In this document: in pieces, positions 7,248-16,833 of the stretch
How positions within the stretch are numbered: position 1 is the first letter of the stretch
Layout of the letters: each line of letters opens with the position of its first letter
IMG/VR virus record: IMGVR_UViG_3300044970_001263
Location: 1 to 57,186 of that record
Strand: one strand, 5' to 3'
Length of the DNA stretch: 57,186 nt
From: a virus
Taxonomy: Duplodnaviria > Caudoviricetes
Notes under the pieces: model-generated
Databases searched by the model: none
What the model was told of the DNA's origin: nothing
The model's input: only the letters and a program-made list of their open reading frames with translations
Made by a program: the position numbers and the translations under genes

Positions 7248-7385
7248 ATTTACGTCATGGGGCGCTACTGACCCCAATCAATAGCTACCTCATGACGGGC
7301 TGCTACCGAGCATTGCAAGGATGCAGGGTAACGGTCGAGCGCGTGGCTCCCCCCGTCCATCAACTAATAGAACAGAAGGTGCAGG

Positions 7386-7595
7386 ATGCCGAATTCGGTG
7401 AAGTGCGCGCACTGCGGCTCACTCTTCGGAATCGAAGGTGAAGACGGAGTACTGCGCATCAAGTTCAAAGATCTCTACCGAGAGATTGAAGGTCGTGTCA
7501 GCGGTCCATGTCGCAAGTGCGCCATGACTGTTGTATGGCCCAATGAGGATGTAATCCTTATTGCCAAGAAGATCAAGGAGGAAAGCCGTGGCTAA
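7386..7595 (+). CDS. Com-like zinc-ribbon protein
   Basis: VKCAHCGSLF...PCRKC, two CxxC pairs similar to Mu Com. Confidence 0.55.
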   Translation: MPNSVKCAHCGSLFGIEGEDGVLRIKFKDLYREIEGRVSGPCRKCAMTVVWPNEDVILIAKKIKEESRG

Positions 7596-8856
7596 CATCG
7601 AGCGAATCCCCGTGACCCGTTCCCAGACTCCACCTCGCATTGAGGGAAACCAGAGCCGTGAGACACCATTTAAGTCTCACTCAACCTACACGCGAATGTA
7701 CAAGCAGCACCCTATTGTTCGTGCTGTTATTGACAAGATTTCGCGCACTGCCGTTGCGACTGGTTATCAGTTGTCCCCAGTTGATTCGAAGGACGAATTG
7801 AATGAGTCAAACGCGCAGAAAATTGACCTGACGTTTCGTCGGTCAAAAATTATTTCTTTGCTCCGCCAGACCTACCAAGATCTTTTGATCTACGGTGATG
7901 CATTCTGGTACATTCTCCCAGCGCGTGATGGCGTTCCGTTCCGATTCTATCGGATTGCGCCACAGCAGGTAAACCTTGTTATTGATACTGAGACCCGTGA
8001 AGTCACAAGCTACATCACCCGTGATCCAAAGAATGGACGCGAGACTCAGTACGAGCCAGATGAGTTCCTGCACTTTAAGATCGCCGACCCAGACAACGAC
8101 TTCTACGGGCTAAGCCCGCTTGAGTCGCTTGGCTCAACCGTCGCGCAAGATCTGTTCGCGCAGACTTACAACGAATCATTCTTTGCTAACTCAGCCCAGA
8201 CAGGCATTGTCTTCAACATGAAGAATGCTTCGAAGGAAGAGGTCGAGCGCAACCGTGAGTTCCTGAAGAAGGAATACACTTCGGCTGCAAACGCGCACAA
8301 GCCACTGCTTCTTGAAGGCGATGTGGAAGTCAGCAAGTCCGTTTCCTCACCTGCAGAAATGCAGTTCATCGAGGGTCGACGACAGTTGACGATGGAGATC
8401 CTTGCGGTCTTCGACCTACCGTACACTAAGCTTGGCGGAACCTCAGAGAGCGCAAACCGCTCCCAGAGCGCCGAGAACGACAAGACCTATCGAACGGAGA
8501 CAATCTCTCCTCTGCAAGGTATTGTTGAAGAAGTTATTAATGAGAACTTAATCCTGACAACGTTTGGTATTGATGACGTGATGTTTGAACATCGTGAAGT
8601 CGATACTCGAGACGAAGCGACTCAGATGAAGTTGTACATTGATGCACTAACCCATGGAATTTACGACTTGAACTACATTCGTAATCAGCTAGGATTGGCT
8701 GCAATTCCGAACGGGAGCGAGCCGTTTATTCAAACCTCGACTGGTATCTTGCCAGTATCTCAGCTCCTTGGCGGAGCTCCGCAGCCAAATACGCCAGCTC
8801 CAGCAGAACCTGTTGGAGAAACGACTGACGATGTAGCGGAGGAAACTGATGTCTGA
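7588..8856 (+). CDS. Portal protein (HK97-like)
   Basis: AAGGAGG RBS plus GTG start. LLIYGDAFW, YGLSPLE and FFANSA..G motifs. Confidence 0.93.
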   Translation: MANIERIPVTRSQTPPRIEGNQSRETPFKSHSTYTRMYKQHPIVRAVIDKISRTAVATGYQLSPVDSKDELNESNAQKIDLTFRRSKIISLLRQTYQDLLIYGDAFWYILPARDGVPFRFYRIAPQQVNLVIDTETREVTSYITRDPKNGRETQYEPDEFLHFKIADPDNDFYGLSPLESLGSTVAQDLFAQTYNESFFANSAQTGIVFNMKNASKEEVERNREFLKKEYTSAANAHKPLLLEGDVEVSKSVSSPAEMQFIEGRRQLTMEILAVFDLPYTKLGGTSESANRSQSAENDKTYRTETISPLQGIVEEVINENLILTTFGIDDVMFEHREVDTRDEATQMKLYIDALTHGIYDLNYIRNQLGLAAIPNGSEPFIQTSTGILPVSQLLGGAPQPNTPAPAEPVGETTDDVAEETDV

Positions 8857-10672
8857 GATCGAACGAGCAGAGTCATACAGTCCTCCAGAGGGCGTTCGGG
8901 CAGCTGCAAAGCGTGCACTGAAGTGGATCGAAGAAGGCAAAGCTGGAAGCGGCTTTACTGACGTAGGTCGAAAACGCGCAGCAGATCTTGCTCGTGGAGC
9001 AGAGATCTCTGTTGCAACACTTGGACGAATGAAATCGTTCTTCGCTCGACACGAAGTTGACAAGAAAGCTACAGGCTTTAGTTCAGGAGAAGAGGGATAC
9101 CCCTCTCCTGGTCGAGTTGCTTGGGACGCTTGGGGCGGAGACGCTGGTCAGTCGTGGGCTAATAGCATCGTTAAAGACGAAAGGTCCCAAGACGATGAGG
9201 AAGAGCGTGCAATGGCAGGAGAAGTAAAAGAAGGCGATTTTGTCAGTTGGTATTCACCATCTGGTCTCGCTAGTGGTCGGGTAGAACATGTAATGCTTGA
9301 CGGCATTTATGGTCTTCCAGACTCAAACTTTGCACTCCCAGCAAGTCCAGAAAACCCAGCACTGGCAATTAGGATTTATCAGCCAGCTGGTGAGGGATGG
9401 ATTGAAACTGAAATGAGCATCGGCAAGAAAATGTCTGATGTTACAAAGATCAATCCTCTTACGAGCATGCGCTCTGAGGAGCTAATAATGACAACTAACA
9501 ACTGGAAGATCACTATCCCAGTCGATCGTGCCGAAGAGCAGGATGGCGGACTGTTCCTCTATGGACAGGCATCAGGTCCCGAGCGAGATTCTCATGGGAC
9601 TGAGATGGACCCCACTGCGATTCAGGACTTCGCGGATCAGATTGTATCTCGCACAAACGATGGTGATCCACTACCTTACCTAGACCATCACATGAAAGAT
9701 GGTGTCCTCCGCGAACTTGGAGAAGTTGTGGATGGCTCTGTTTCTAGCGACTATAGGTTGAACATCAAAGTTCGCCTACACCCAGATAACCCTGCAGCGG
9801 CGTATTTGCATAGCCGAATTAAGCAGGGTAAAAAGTATGGGATGTCGATCGCTGGAGATGGTGTCCAGTACCGCATGATTGATGACCCCTCCTCTGGAGA
9901 AAAGGTTATCCGATTCCTCAAGATTAAGTTGAAGGAAATTAGTAACACGACGCGCCCCTCGTGGGTACCGTCGTTCGGCACTGTGCTCGCTCGCTCCATC
10001 GAGGGCGAGGAGATTGGAGAAAATATGGCAGAAGAGCTCGTTAAGAGCGACGCAACCGAAGTGGTTGAGAACGTCGCCGCAAATGAGTCTGCGGAACCCG
10101 TTGCCGCTCAGGTGACCGAGCAGACCGAAGCCCCCGTTGTTGAAGCACCCGTTGCTGAGGCTGCACCTGCAGCTGAAGTAGCTCCCGTCGTGGAGGCTGC
10201 GCCTGTAGAGGCTGCTGCTCCCGCTGAGGAGAACGGTGAAGTCGTCGAGCGTGCACGCATCGCCAAGCGCGATGCTGAGAAGCTCGTCGAAGCATTCAAC
10301 GCGCTTAAGGGGCAACTCGAGACGCTCGGGGTATTTGAGCCCGACGCACCGCAGGCTGCAGCGGAAGCACCAGTCGCTAAGACTGAAGATGCTCCTGCAG
10401 ATGAGAACGTGGACTTTAATGGGGTTTCGGTTCGCCGCGACCTCGCTGAGGCTATTACCGCCTTTGTCGCCTCTAAGGTTGACGAGAGCACGGCAGTCCT
10501 CCGCGAGACAGTCGAGAAGCAGGCTGAATACATCAAGAAGCTCGAAGAGCTTCCTGCTGGCAAGTTGCCTGCTGCCGTTGTCCGCGAAAAGTTTGAGACT
10601 GGACTTCCAGACCTCGGCTCAATGAGCAATGAGGATAAGTTGAAGTACGCTCTCGGTAATATCTACAAGTAA
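8849..10672 (+). CDS. Multidomain prohead protease/scaffold protein
   Basis: N-terminal RMKSFFARHE...VAWDAWGGDAG domain and a Tudor-like VKEGDFVSW module. Protease core (RDSHG, DHH, GMSIAG, EISNTTRPS). Ala/Glu/Pro-rich scaffold tail. Confidence 0.85.
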   Translation: MSEIERAESYSPPEGVRAAAKRALKWIEEGKAGSGFTDVGRKRAADLARGAEISVATLGRMKSFFARHEVDKKATGFSSGEEGYPSPGRVAWDAWGGDAGQSWANSIVKDERSQDDEEERAMAGEVKEGDFVSWYSPSGLASGRVEHVMLDGIYGLPDSNFALPASPENPALAIRIYQPAGEGWIETEMSIGKKMSDVTKINPLTSMRSEELIMTTNNWKITIPVDRAEEQDGGLFLYGQASGPERDSHGTEMDPTAIQDFADQIVSRTNDGDPLPYLDHHMKDGVLRELGEVVDGSVSSDYRLNIKVRLHPDNPAAAYLHSRIKQGKKYGMSIAGDGVQYRMIDDPSSGEKVIRFLKIKLKEISNTTRPSWVPSFGTVLARSIEGEEIGENMAEELVKSDATEVVENVAANESAEPVAAQVTEQTEAPVVEAPVAEAAPAAEVAPVVEAAPVEAAAPAEENGEVVERARIAKRDAEKLVEAFNALKGQLETLGVFEPDAPQAAAEAPVAKTEDAPADENVDFNGVSVRRDLAEAITAFVASKVDESTAVLRETVEKQAEYIKKLEELPAGKLPAAVVREKFETGLPDLGSMSNEDKLKYALGNIYK

Positions 10673-10693
10673 TAATAATTAAGGAGACTTTCA

Positions 10694-11569
10694 ATGGCTG
10701 ACATTGAGCGAGCTCTTAGCACGTCCGTCGCATCTACTGGTGCATACCTCCTCCCAGAGGTAGTCGATCCAGTAATCCGCGATTACGTTTCTAAGGCTAC
10801 ACCTGTTCTTAGCGTTGTAACGCGTGTGAACTGGCCTACACAGACCTATTACATCCGCAAGCGAAGCGGGCTTCCTACGGCTGCATTCAGCACCGATGGT
10901 GGTTCACTTCCAAGCGCTTCAAGCTCGACCTACGCTAAGGTCGCAAAGACCGTCAAGTACCTGTACACCCGTGGTGAGGTCACTGGTCCGCTTATCGCGG
11001 CTGCTGGTGGCGTTGTCAACGCGCTGCAGGAAGAGATTCGCGTCCACTCGGGCGTGATTGCTGAGCGACTCGCCACGGCGATCTGCGTCGGCGACGGCAC
11101 CGAAGATACCAACGCTGGTATCATCGGCATCAAGCATCAGATCAACACTTCGACCCCTGGCAATGAGGGTGGTACGACGGACGCTTCGGCTGCCGCTCTC
11201 ACCCTTGCCATGTTGGACAAGGCTCTTGACGACACGAAGGGCGAGGCTGACGTTATCATGACGAGCCGCGCAGTTCGCCGCAAGATCAGTGCCCTTCTTC
11301 AGGGTCAGCAGCGCTTCCTCGACCGAGTTGAGGTTGGCGCTGGCTTCCGCGTTCTTTCGTATGACGGCGTGCCGATCGTTACGGACGACCACTACGAGGA
11401 GAACGAGATTCTCGTCTTCCGACGTGCTGACGCGAAGCTTATCGTGAACCAGGACTTCACGATGGAGATGCTTGCTAAGACCAAGGACGCTGAAGACTTC
11501 TACATCAAGGGGTACTTCGGCTTCGCTCTTGAGGGTCGCCCTGTGCGCCTCAAGAACTTCACGATCTAA
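10694..11569 (+). CDS. Major capsid protein (HK97 fold)
   Basis: GAYLLPE N-arm, ICVGDG...IIGI, YDGVPIV. Strong RBS, follows the scaffold. Confidence 0.92.
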   Translation: MADIERALSTSVASTGAYLLPEVVDPVIRDYVSKATPVLSVVTRVNWPTQTYYIRKRSGLPTAAFSTDGGSLPSASSSTYAKVAKTVKYLYTRGEVTGPLIAAAGGVVNALQEEIRVHSGVIAERLATAICVGDGTEDTNAGIIGIKHQINTSTPGNEGGTTDASAAALTLAMLDKALDDTKGEADVIMTSRAVRRKISALLQGQQRFLDRVEVGAGFRVLSYDGVPIVTDDHYEENEILVFRRADAKLIVNQDFTMEMLAKTKDAEDFYIKGYFGFALEGRPVRLKNFTI

Positions 11570-11594
11570 TTTTTTAGCGTGAACTAGGTGCTGC

Positions 11595-11622
11595 TAGGGG
11601 GGTGGAGAAATCCATCCCCCTA
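11595..11622 (+). terminator. Stem-loop after the capsid gene
   Basis: TAGGGGGGTGGA-GAAA-TCCATCCCCCTA with no U tract. Confidence 0.55.
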
Positions 11623-11645
11623 CCACACCACACAGAAGGAGGCAC

Positions 11646-11885
11646 ATGATGCCAAAGGCTAAGAAAGCCAACATGGAATTCATTACAGCTGATCTCGACA
11701 AGAGTGAAACTCAGGACCGAGAAGGTTTTGTGAAGATGCTTGCCCCAGTAAACTGGGAAAGGGTCAACTGTCTAGAAACGTTCTATGACGGCGAAGTTGA
11801 AGTTGTAGATGGGGTCGCCTACGTTCCAGCCGAGAACTACCACTGGGTAGATCGGATGCGAATGAATGGGTATGAAGTAGCATGA
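11646..11885 (+). CDS. Hypothetical protein
   Basis: AAGGAGG RBS, coupled to the next gene by ATGA. Confidence 0.8.
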   Translation: MMPKAKKANMEFITADLDKSETQDREGFVKMLAPVNWERVNCLETFYDGEVEVVDGVAYVPAENYHWVDRMRMNGYEVA

Positions 11886-13057
11886 AGATCCTCATGCTCG
11901 GTGATTCACCGTTCCTTAAAACTGGTTTCGGAATCGTCAACTCGGTTGCTGTAGAGCATCTGAAGTCTAGCGGTCACCAGCTGGTGGTCATTGGAGGTCA
12001 GGATACGCAGAAGCGTGATCTTGGCAAGGGTCATCACTACTACCCAATCGAGTCGATGCAGAAAGATGCAATTGGCTGGAAGAACGTGTCAATCACGCTA
12101 AAGAAGCACAAGATTGATGCGGTGCACATTATTGCCGATCCAGCGACCGTAGTCATGTGGCTACTTCGCCGAGATCTGATCAAGCTCCCTATTACGGTAT
12201 ATATGCCGATTGAGGGTGCCCCGATGAACTATAACTGGGTTCAGGTTCTGCATCAGACACCGAACCTAAAGATCATTACGTGCTCACAGTATGGCGTTGA
12301 TGAGCTCAAGCGAAACGGACTTGAGTCGACAATGGCGTACCATGGAGTGTCTGATGACTTCTACCAGTATGAGCCAGAACACCGACGGTTCCTTCGGGAG
12401 TCCGTTGGATGGGATGACAAGTTCGTTGTCATGAATGTGGCTCAGAACGTTGAGCGTAAGCAGTGGCCTCGGCTATTCGAGGCAATCAAGATTGTAGCTT
12501 ACAAGCACCCGCAAGTGGTGCTCTACGCGCACACCGTGCCGTTTGATAACTACCATCTTGGTGGACATGATCTCCCTCAGCTTGCTCACCAACTGGACAT
12601 TGTAGAGAACGTGCTTTTTTCAGGAAAGCATGCGAAACACAATGACTCAGTTGCTTTAACTTCTCAAAACTATCCTGGTCTTGTTGACCTTTACAACATG
12701 GCTGACTGCTTTGTTTTACCTTCGCAGGTAGAAGGATTCGGTCTTCCACTGGTTGAGGCAATGGCTTGCGGTCTTCCAGTCGCTCACACAAACTACGGCG
12801 CAGGCGCTGAAGTTGTGGGAGATGCTGGGACGTTGATTCAGCCACACGACTGGATAGTCAATAAGAGTCATAGTCGATATGCAAATCTCAGCCCAGAGTC
12901 AATCGCGGCAGAGATTGAGAAGATGTTCCTTAGCCCGTCTCTGCGAGAGCAGATGCGTGAGAAGGGGCTGAGCCGTGCAAAGCAGTTCTCATGGGACGGC
13001 TATCGCACAGCACTATGGAGGGCATTCAATGGCGAAAGCCCGACCATTCACAAATAA
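11882..13057 (+). CDS. GT-B family 4 glycosyltransferase
   Basis: YNMADCFVLPSQVEGFGLPLVEAMACGLPV signature. Confidence 0.93.
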   Translation: MKILMLGDSPFLKTGFGIVNSVAVEHLKSSGHQLVVIGGQDTQKRDLGKGHHYYPIESMQKDAIGWKNVSITLKKHKIDAVHIIADPATVVMWLLRRDLIKLPITVYMPIEGAPMNYNWVQVLHQTPNLKIITCSQYGVDELKRNGLESTMAYHGVSDDFYQYEPEHRRFLRESVGWDDKFVVMNVAQNVERKQWPRLFEAIKIVAYKHPQVVLYAHTVPFDNYHLGGHDLPQLAHQLDIVENVLFSGKHAKHNDSVALTSQNYPGLVDLYNMADCFVLPSQVEGFGLPLVEAMACGLPVAHTNYGAGAEVVGDAGTLIQPHDWIVNKSHSRYANLSPESIAAEIEKMFLSPSLREQMREKGLSRAKQFSWDGYRTALWRAFNGESPTIHK

Positions 13058-13232
13058 AGTTAATACTAAGTCGCTTATCCGTAAATTTAAGGTTAATAAA
13101 CGAGCAGATCTTTCCCTTCGCGGAAGGTTGCGCTTCAGGCGGCGTAGGCTGCGCCTGATTGTTCGGGCACGCCTTGCCGCAGTGAAGTTGATTCCAACTG
13201 CATTCCGAAATAAGAAGAAACGATCAGTTTAA
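13029..13232 (+). CDS. Very basic Arg/Lys-rich small protein
   Basis: GGAGG RBS before MAKARPF; fills the gap before the connector gene. Confidence 0.65.
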   Translation: MAKARPFTNKVNTKSLIRKFKVNKRADLSLRGRLRFRRRRLRLIVRARLAAVKLIPTAFRNKKKRSV

Positions 13233-13241
13233 GGAGGCGCA

Positions 13242-13808
13242 ATGGCGCGGAAGTATATCACTGCTACGGAGTTTAAGGATAAGCCCCTGGGCATTGCTCT
13301 GCGCCAGTACTCCAGCGATCAGCTGGATTCTCTTATTGAGATTGCGACCGAACAGGTTGAGAGCTATTGCGAACGCGTCTTTGAGCAGGCTACCTACACA
13401 GAGACCTTCGTTGGCGATGGCTCTTCAACCTACTTGACGCTTCAGTACCCGTTGACCTCAGTGACTTCAATCTCTGAAACAACAATTGCGACTACCCCAG
13501 TTACAACGACAATTACCCCGAGCACGCTGGTTCGGACAACGGAGACAGATAAGTTTGGCAAGCTCCTTCTTGGACCTGCCAGCGAAACAACGCTGTTCTC
13601 GCCGAGTTCCAAGTATACCATCGTCTATACCGCTGGATACGCCACGCTACCACCAGCTATCAAGCACGCTACTGCGCTGTTCGTCAGCGAGCTAGTAAAG
13701 CCTGACTACGGCGGAGCGCAGGACAGCACACCAGAGATTATTCCGATGACCAGCCAACAGATTGCTGACTTGCTCAGCATCTACCGTCGCCGAAGGATCG
13801 GTGTCTAA
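13242..13808 (+). CDS. Head-tail connector (gp6-like)
   Basis: ATEQVESYCER and YTAGYATLPPAIKHA motifs. Confidence 0.85.
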   Translation: MARKYITATEFKDKPLGIALRQYSSDQLDSLIEIATEQVESYCERVFEQATYTETFVGDGSSTYLTLQYPLTSVTSISETTIATTPVTTTITPSTLVRTTETDKFGKLLLGPASETTLFSPSSKYTIVYTAGYATLPPAIKHATALFVSELVKPDYGGAQDSTPEIIPMTSQQIADLLSIYRRRRIGV

Positions 13809-14569
13809 TGGCTTACGAGCGTGGTAAAAATGCCCCAATTTTTGGTATTAGCCTCACGCCAAAGTTTGTTAGTGGCAGGATGACAAGGTTCTTTGGGACC
13901 ACTGTTGAATCAATTGCTTTAACTAGGTCATCAAAAAAGCAAACCGACTTCTACAAAAACCTACAATATTGGAGCATGGATGCTTTCAATAATTTAGGTA
14001 TCAGGGTAAACAACAAAATTGACGAAGCATTCGTCCAGGAAAAAGATCCGACAACTGGTAAAAAGTGGAAAAAGCTTGCAAAGAAAACTCTTAGGGCAAG
14101 AAGGGAATCTGGAAAATCTTTGAAGTATCCAGATAAACCACTCTACTTTACTGGCAAGATGTACCATGTTGCCGCAGGTATTAGGCTAAAAACATTCTCT
14201 GGTGGAAGTGGTCAACAGAAAACTGGAAACATTCGAACAGATGGATTGCAACTAGTAATCCGAAATAACTACCAGCTTGGCGAAAGCGCTATCCTTGGTA
14301 GTTATATGTGGAGACTAGATGGACCAAAAGCTCGTCACCTATTTGGGTACACTGAGCAGTTTGAAAACGTCTACCGTGGCAAGAAATCTGAAAAGAAAAC
14401 TTATGTTGTTCCAGCACGACCATTTGTGCCAAAGTTTAGCAACTCATTCTTCTCTTCTTGGAAGAAGGGACTAAACAAGGATTTCCAAAAGATTATCCAA
14501 GCTACAGAAAAGAACTCTACACTAGTGACCACTCGTTTTGAGCGAGGATCTGGCAGAGGAAAGGTGTAA
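13808..14569 (+). CDS. Virion morphogenesis/tail completion protein (Mu gpG/P2 gpS-like)
   Basis: DP.TGKKWKKL..KT, L..TG and VPARPF motifs. Confidence 0.75.
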   Translation: MAYERGKNAPIFGISLTPKFVSGRMTRFFGTTVESIALTRSSKKQTDFYKNLQYWSMDAFNNLGIRVNNKIDEAFVQEKDPTTGKKWKKLAKKTLRARRESGKSLKYPDKPLYFTGKMYHVAAGIRLKTFSGGSGQQKTGNIRTDGLQLVIRNNYQLGESAILGSYMWRLDGPKARHLFGYTEQFENVYRGKKSEKKTYVVPARPFVPKFSNSFFSSWKKGLNKDFQKIIQATEKNSTLVTTRFERGSGRGKV

Positions 14570-14573
14570 CTAA

Positions 14574-15044
14574 GTGGAAGAGGTAATTGACCGTCTTATT
14601 GAAGAGATCAAAAAGTTGACGAGCTTGACTCGCGCTGACGGTGGTCTCGCAGATGTACTCGAAGTGAAGTCTGTCTATTTTGGTGACCCTGGTATCATCC
14701 CGCAAAGCCTTATGCCTTGTGCGATGGTTGAACCAATTGCTGAGTCACCAGATGGGGAAACGACTTCGTACGACAAGCGTGTCGTTGACATAAGCATCTT
14801 GCTTATGATTGATGCTCGTGAGTACTTCGAAGTGGATGCTAGCGAGGCGATGGGAGATAGGAAGCTAGTCCAGTCCGCAGAAATAGTCTCCCGATATTTC
14901 AGGTCCCAAGACAAGCGACAGCTTGATGGACTAGTCAATGATATCAAGGTGAATGATACCACCTACGATATCCAAGATCGCGGAAATGCGATCGTCAAAA
15001 CAGCAAGGGTCAACCTTCAGATCATGAAGGCGTTTACCCGCTAA
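14574..15044 (+). CDS. Putative tail terminator
   Basis: Size and position immediately before the tail tube gene. Confidence 0.6.
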   Translation: MEEVIDRLIEEIKKLTSLTRADGGLADVLEVKSVYFGDPGIIPQSLMPCAMVEPIAESPDGETTSYDKRVVDISILLMIDAREYFEVDASEAMGDRKLVQSAEIVSRYFRSQDKRQLDGLVNDIKVNDTTYDIQDRGNAIVKTARVNLQIMKAFTR

Positions 15045-15055
15045 GGAGAAAATAC

Positions 15056-16063
15056 ATGGCTAACAACATTGGCGTTGGCGCTCTAGGGTATATCGCCTAC
15101 GGGAAGGAAACCACCGAAGGTACGTTCGTTACCGCAGGTAATTTCCTCGCTGCCAACAGCTTCAACTTCGACGACACAAACGACTACCTGAGCCCAATGA
15201 CGATCCGTGGCTCAAAGGATATGACGCTCGCCATGCCTGCTCCGTTCAATGTGACGGGTACGCTGGAGATGCCTCTTGTTCCTGACGACATCGAGCTCCT
15301 GCTCAAGTCTGCATTCTCGGCTTCGTCCGTGACGACTGCAGGCGCTTCGAGCAGCTACTCGCATGTCTTCACCCCTGGCGCAATTTCGCCAACTTTTACG
15401 TTTGAGGCTTACACTGGTGGTAGCGATGGTCTCACGACTGACGGCTTGATCCGCCAGTACGGTGGTGTCCGCGTTAACACGCTTGAGCTCCGCGCAGCCT
15501 TCGGTGAAATTGTCACCGCTTCGTTCGGTCTTGACGGCTCAACCCGTCAGGTAAAGCCACTTGCTGGCGGAAACCTTGACCCACTTACGCCTTCCTACGC
15601 TGCCACGTCGCTTCAGCCGTTCCACTTCAATGGTGCGAAGGTTGCGATTGCTGGCTCGGACAGCGCGATTGTCAAGGATCTTACCTTCTCAATCAACAAC
15701 AATGTGGAGCACATTGGTACCCTTCGCCAGACCCGAAACTTCAGCCGTGTTGCCTCTGGCGCACGCGAGATTACGCTTTCCATGGCGATGGACTTCCAGG
15801 ACACGGCTGACTATCAGCGCCTTCTGGATGAGACTGAGTTTGCTGTTTCGATCGAGCTTCGCGGCTCGCTCGTTGGTGGCTCTGTCTACAACAAGCTCAC
15901 GATTGACCTTCCACGTGTGAAGTATCGCCGAGTTGGTGTGCCGATCACTGCTGGTGAGTTCATTACGCAGGACGTTGAGTGCACGGTTCTCAAGCCAAAC
16001 TCCTCGGACATCGCTACGGTGACCTTGGTGAACGGCTCGAGCGCTGCTGCTGCTGGTCTATAA
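15056..16063 (+). CDS. Major tail (tube) protein
   Basis: YGKETTEGT start, HVFTPG...TFTFE, TFSINNN; precedes chaperone and tape measure. Confidence 0.88.
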   Translation: MANNIGVGALGYIAYGKETTEGTFVTAGNFLAANSFNFDDTNDYLSPMTIRGSKDMTLAMPAPFNVTGTLEMPLVPDDIELLLKSAFSASSVTTAGASSSYSHVFTPGAISPTFTFEAYTGGSDGLTTDGLIRQYGGVRVNTLELRAAFGEIVTASFGLDGSTRQVKPLAGGNLDPLTPSYAATSLQPFHFNGAKVAIAGSDSAIVKDLTFSINNNVEHIGTLRQTRNFSRVASGAREITLSMAMDFQDTADYQRLLDETEFAVSIELRGSLVGGSVYNKLTIDLPRVKYRRVGVPITAGEFITQDVECTVLKPNSSDIATVTLVNGSSAAAAGL

Positions 16064-16100
16064 TCTAAGTTAATATCAAGAAAGAGGAGTTAAGACTTCC

Positions 16101-16478
16101 ATGACTGAAAATACATCTAAGTTCCTTCGTCCCGTCGATCGTACGTTGACGAAGAAGTATGAGCACGAATCTGGCGATTGGCTTGAGCTGCGCCAGAATC
16201 TCTCAAAGCGCGAGGTCAATGCGATCCTTCGCGTAATGCCTGCAGATGCCATTAACGGCACTGCGGACAATAAGAGCGGAGCCGAGATGGTCGACATGTT
16301 GACCTCTGTGGCTGAGACGCTCTTTACCAACCTCGTTGTCGGCTGGTCAGTCGATGACGCTCCTAGCGTTGAGACCTATCTTTCCCTTCCAAGCGACGCT
16401 GCTGGCTGGGTAGACAAGATTCTCTTCGAGCACTTTAACGCTCAGAGCCTTACAGGTGAAGAGCAGGGAAAGCGCTAG
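16101..16478 (+). CDS. Tail assembly chaperone (gpG-like)
   Basis: Position, LVVGWS motif, slippery G GGA AAG at 16466-16472. Confidence 0.85.
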   Translation: MTENTSKFLRPVDRTLTKKYEHESGDWLELRQNLSKREVNAILRVMPADAINGTADNKSGAEMVDMLTSVAETLFTNLVVGWSVDDAPSVETYLSLPSDAAGWVDKILFEHFNAQSLTGEEQGKR

Positions 16479-16771
16479 ACCTCGCTAAGGGGGCAGCGGA
16501 AGGATACCCGAGGGCGCAAGTCCTCAATAAGTATCCCCGCCTAGCCGAGGCTTACGCCCTATATGACCAATGCCGAACTCGGCAACTAGTTGTTCATGAA
16601 GTACCGAAGCCTGGAGGCAAGACGGAAGTACGGATGGCATTCGTGCCTACTGGATATTCGTTCTTGCCATACCAGGGAGGACTGCTGGATCAGCCCGCAT
16701 TCATCGTTGACGCATTCTCCGAGTTTATGCACGGAGAACGTCTTGGATCAATGAAGAGCCTGACCAAGTAG
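16466..16771 (+). CDS. -1 frameshift extension of the tail chaperone (gpGT-like)
   Basis: The -1 frame is open from GGGAAAG to TAG at 16771 and contains LPYQGGLLDQP. Confidence 0.85.
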   Translation, partial: GKALDLAKGAAEGYPRAQVLNKYPRLAEAYALYDQCRTRQLVVHEVPKPGGKTEVRMAFVPTGYSFLPYQGGLLDQPAFIVDAFSEFMHGERLGSMKSLTK

Positions 16772-16776
16772 CCACT

Positions 16777-16820
16777 AGATGCCCACGTAGGTTCACCCCT
16801 GCGTGGGCATCTTTTTATTT
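16777..16820 (+). terminator. Intrinsic terminator before the tape measure gene
   Basis: AGATGCCCACGTAGG...CCTGCGTGGGCATCT followed by TTTTATTT. Confidence 0.85.
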
Positions 16821-16833
16821 ATCTGGAGGACCA

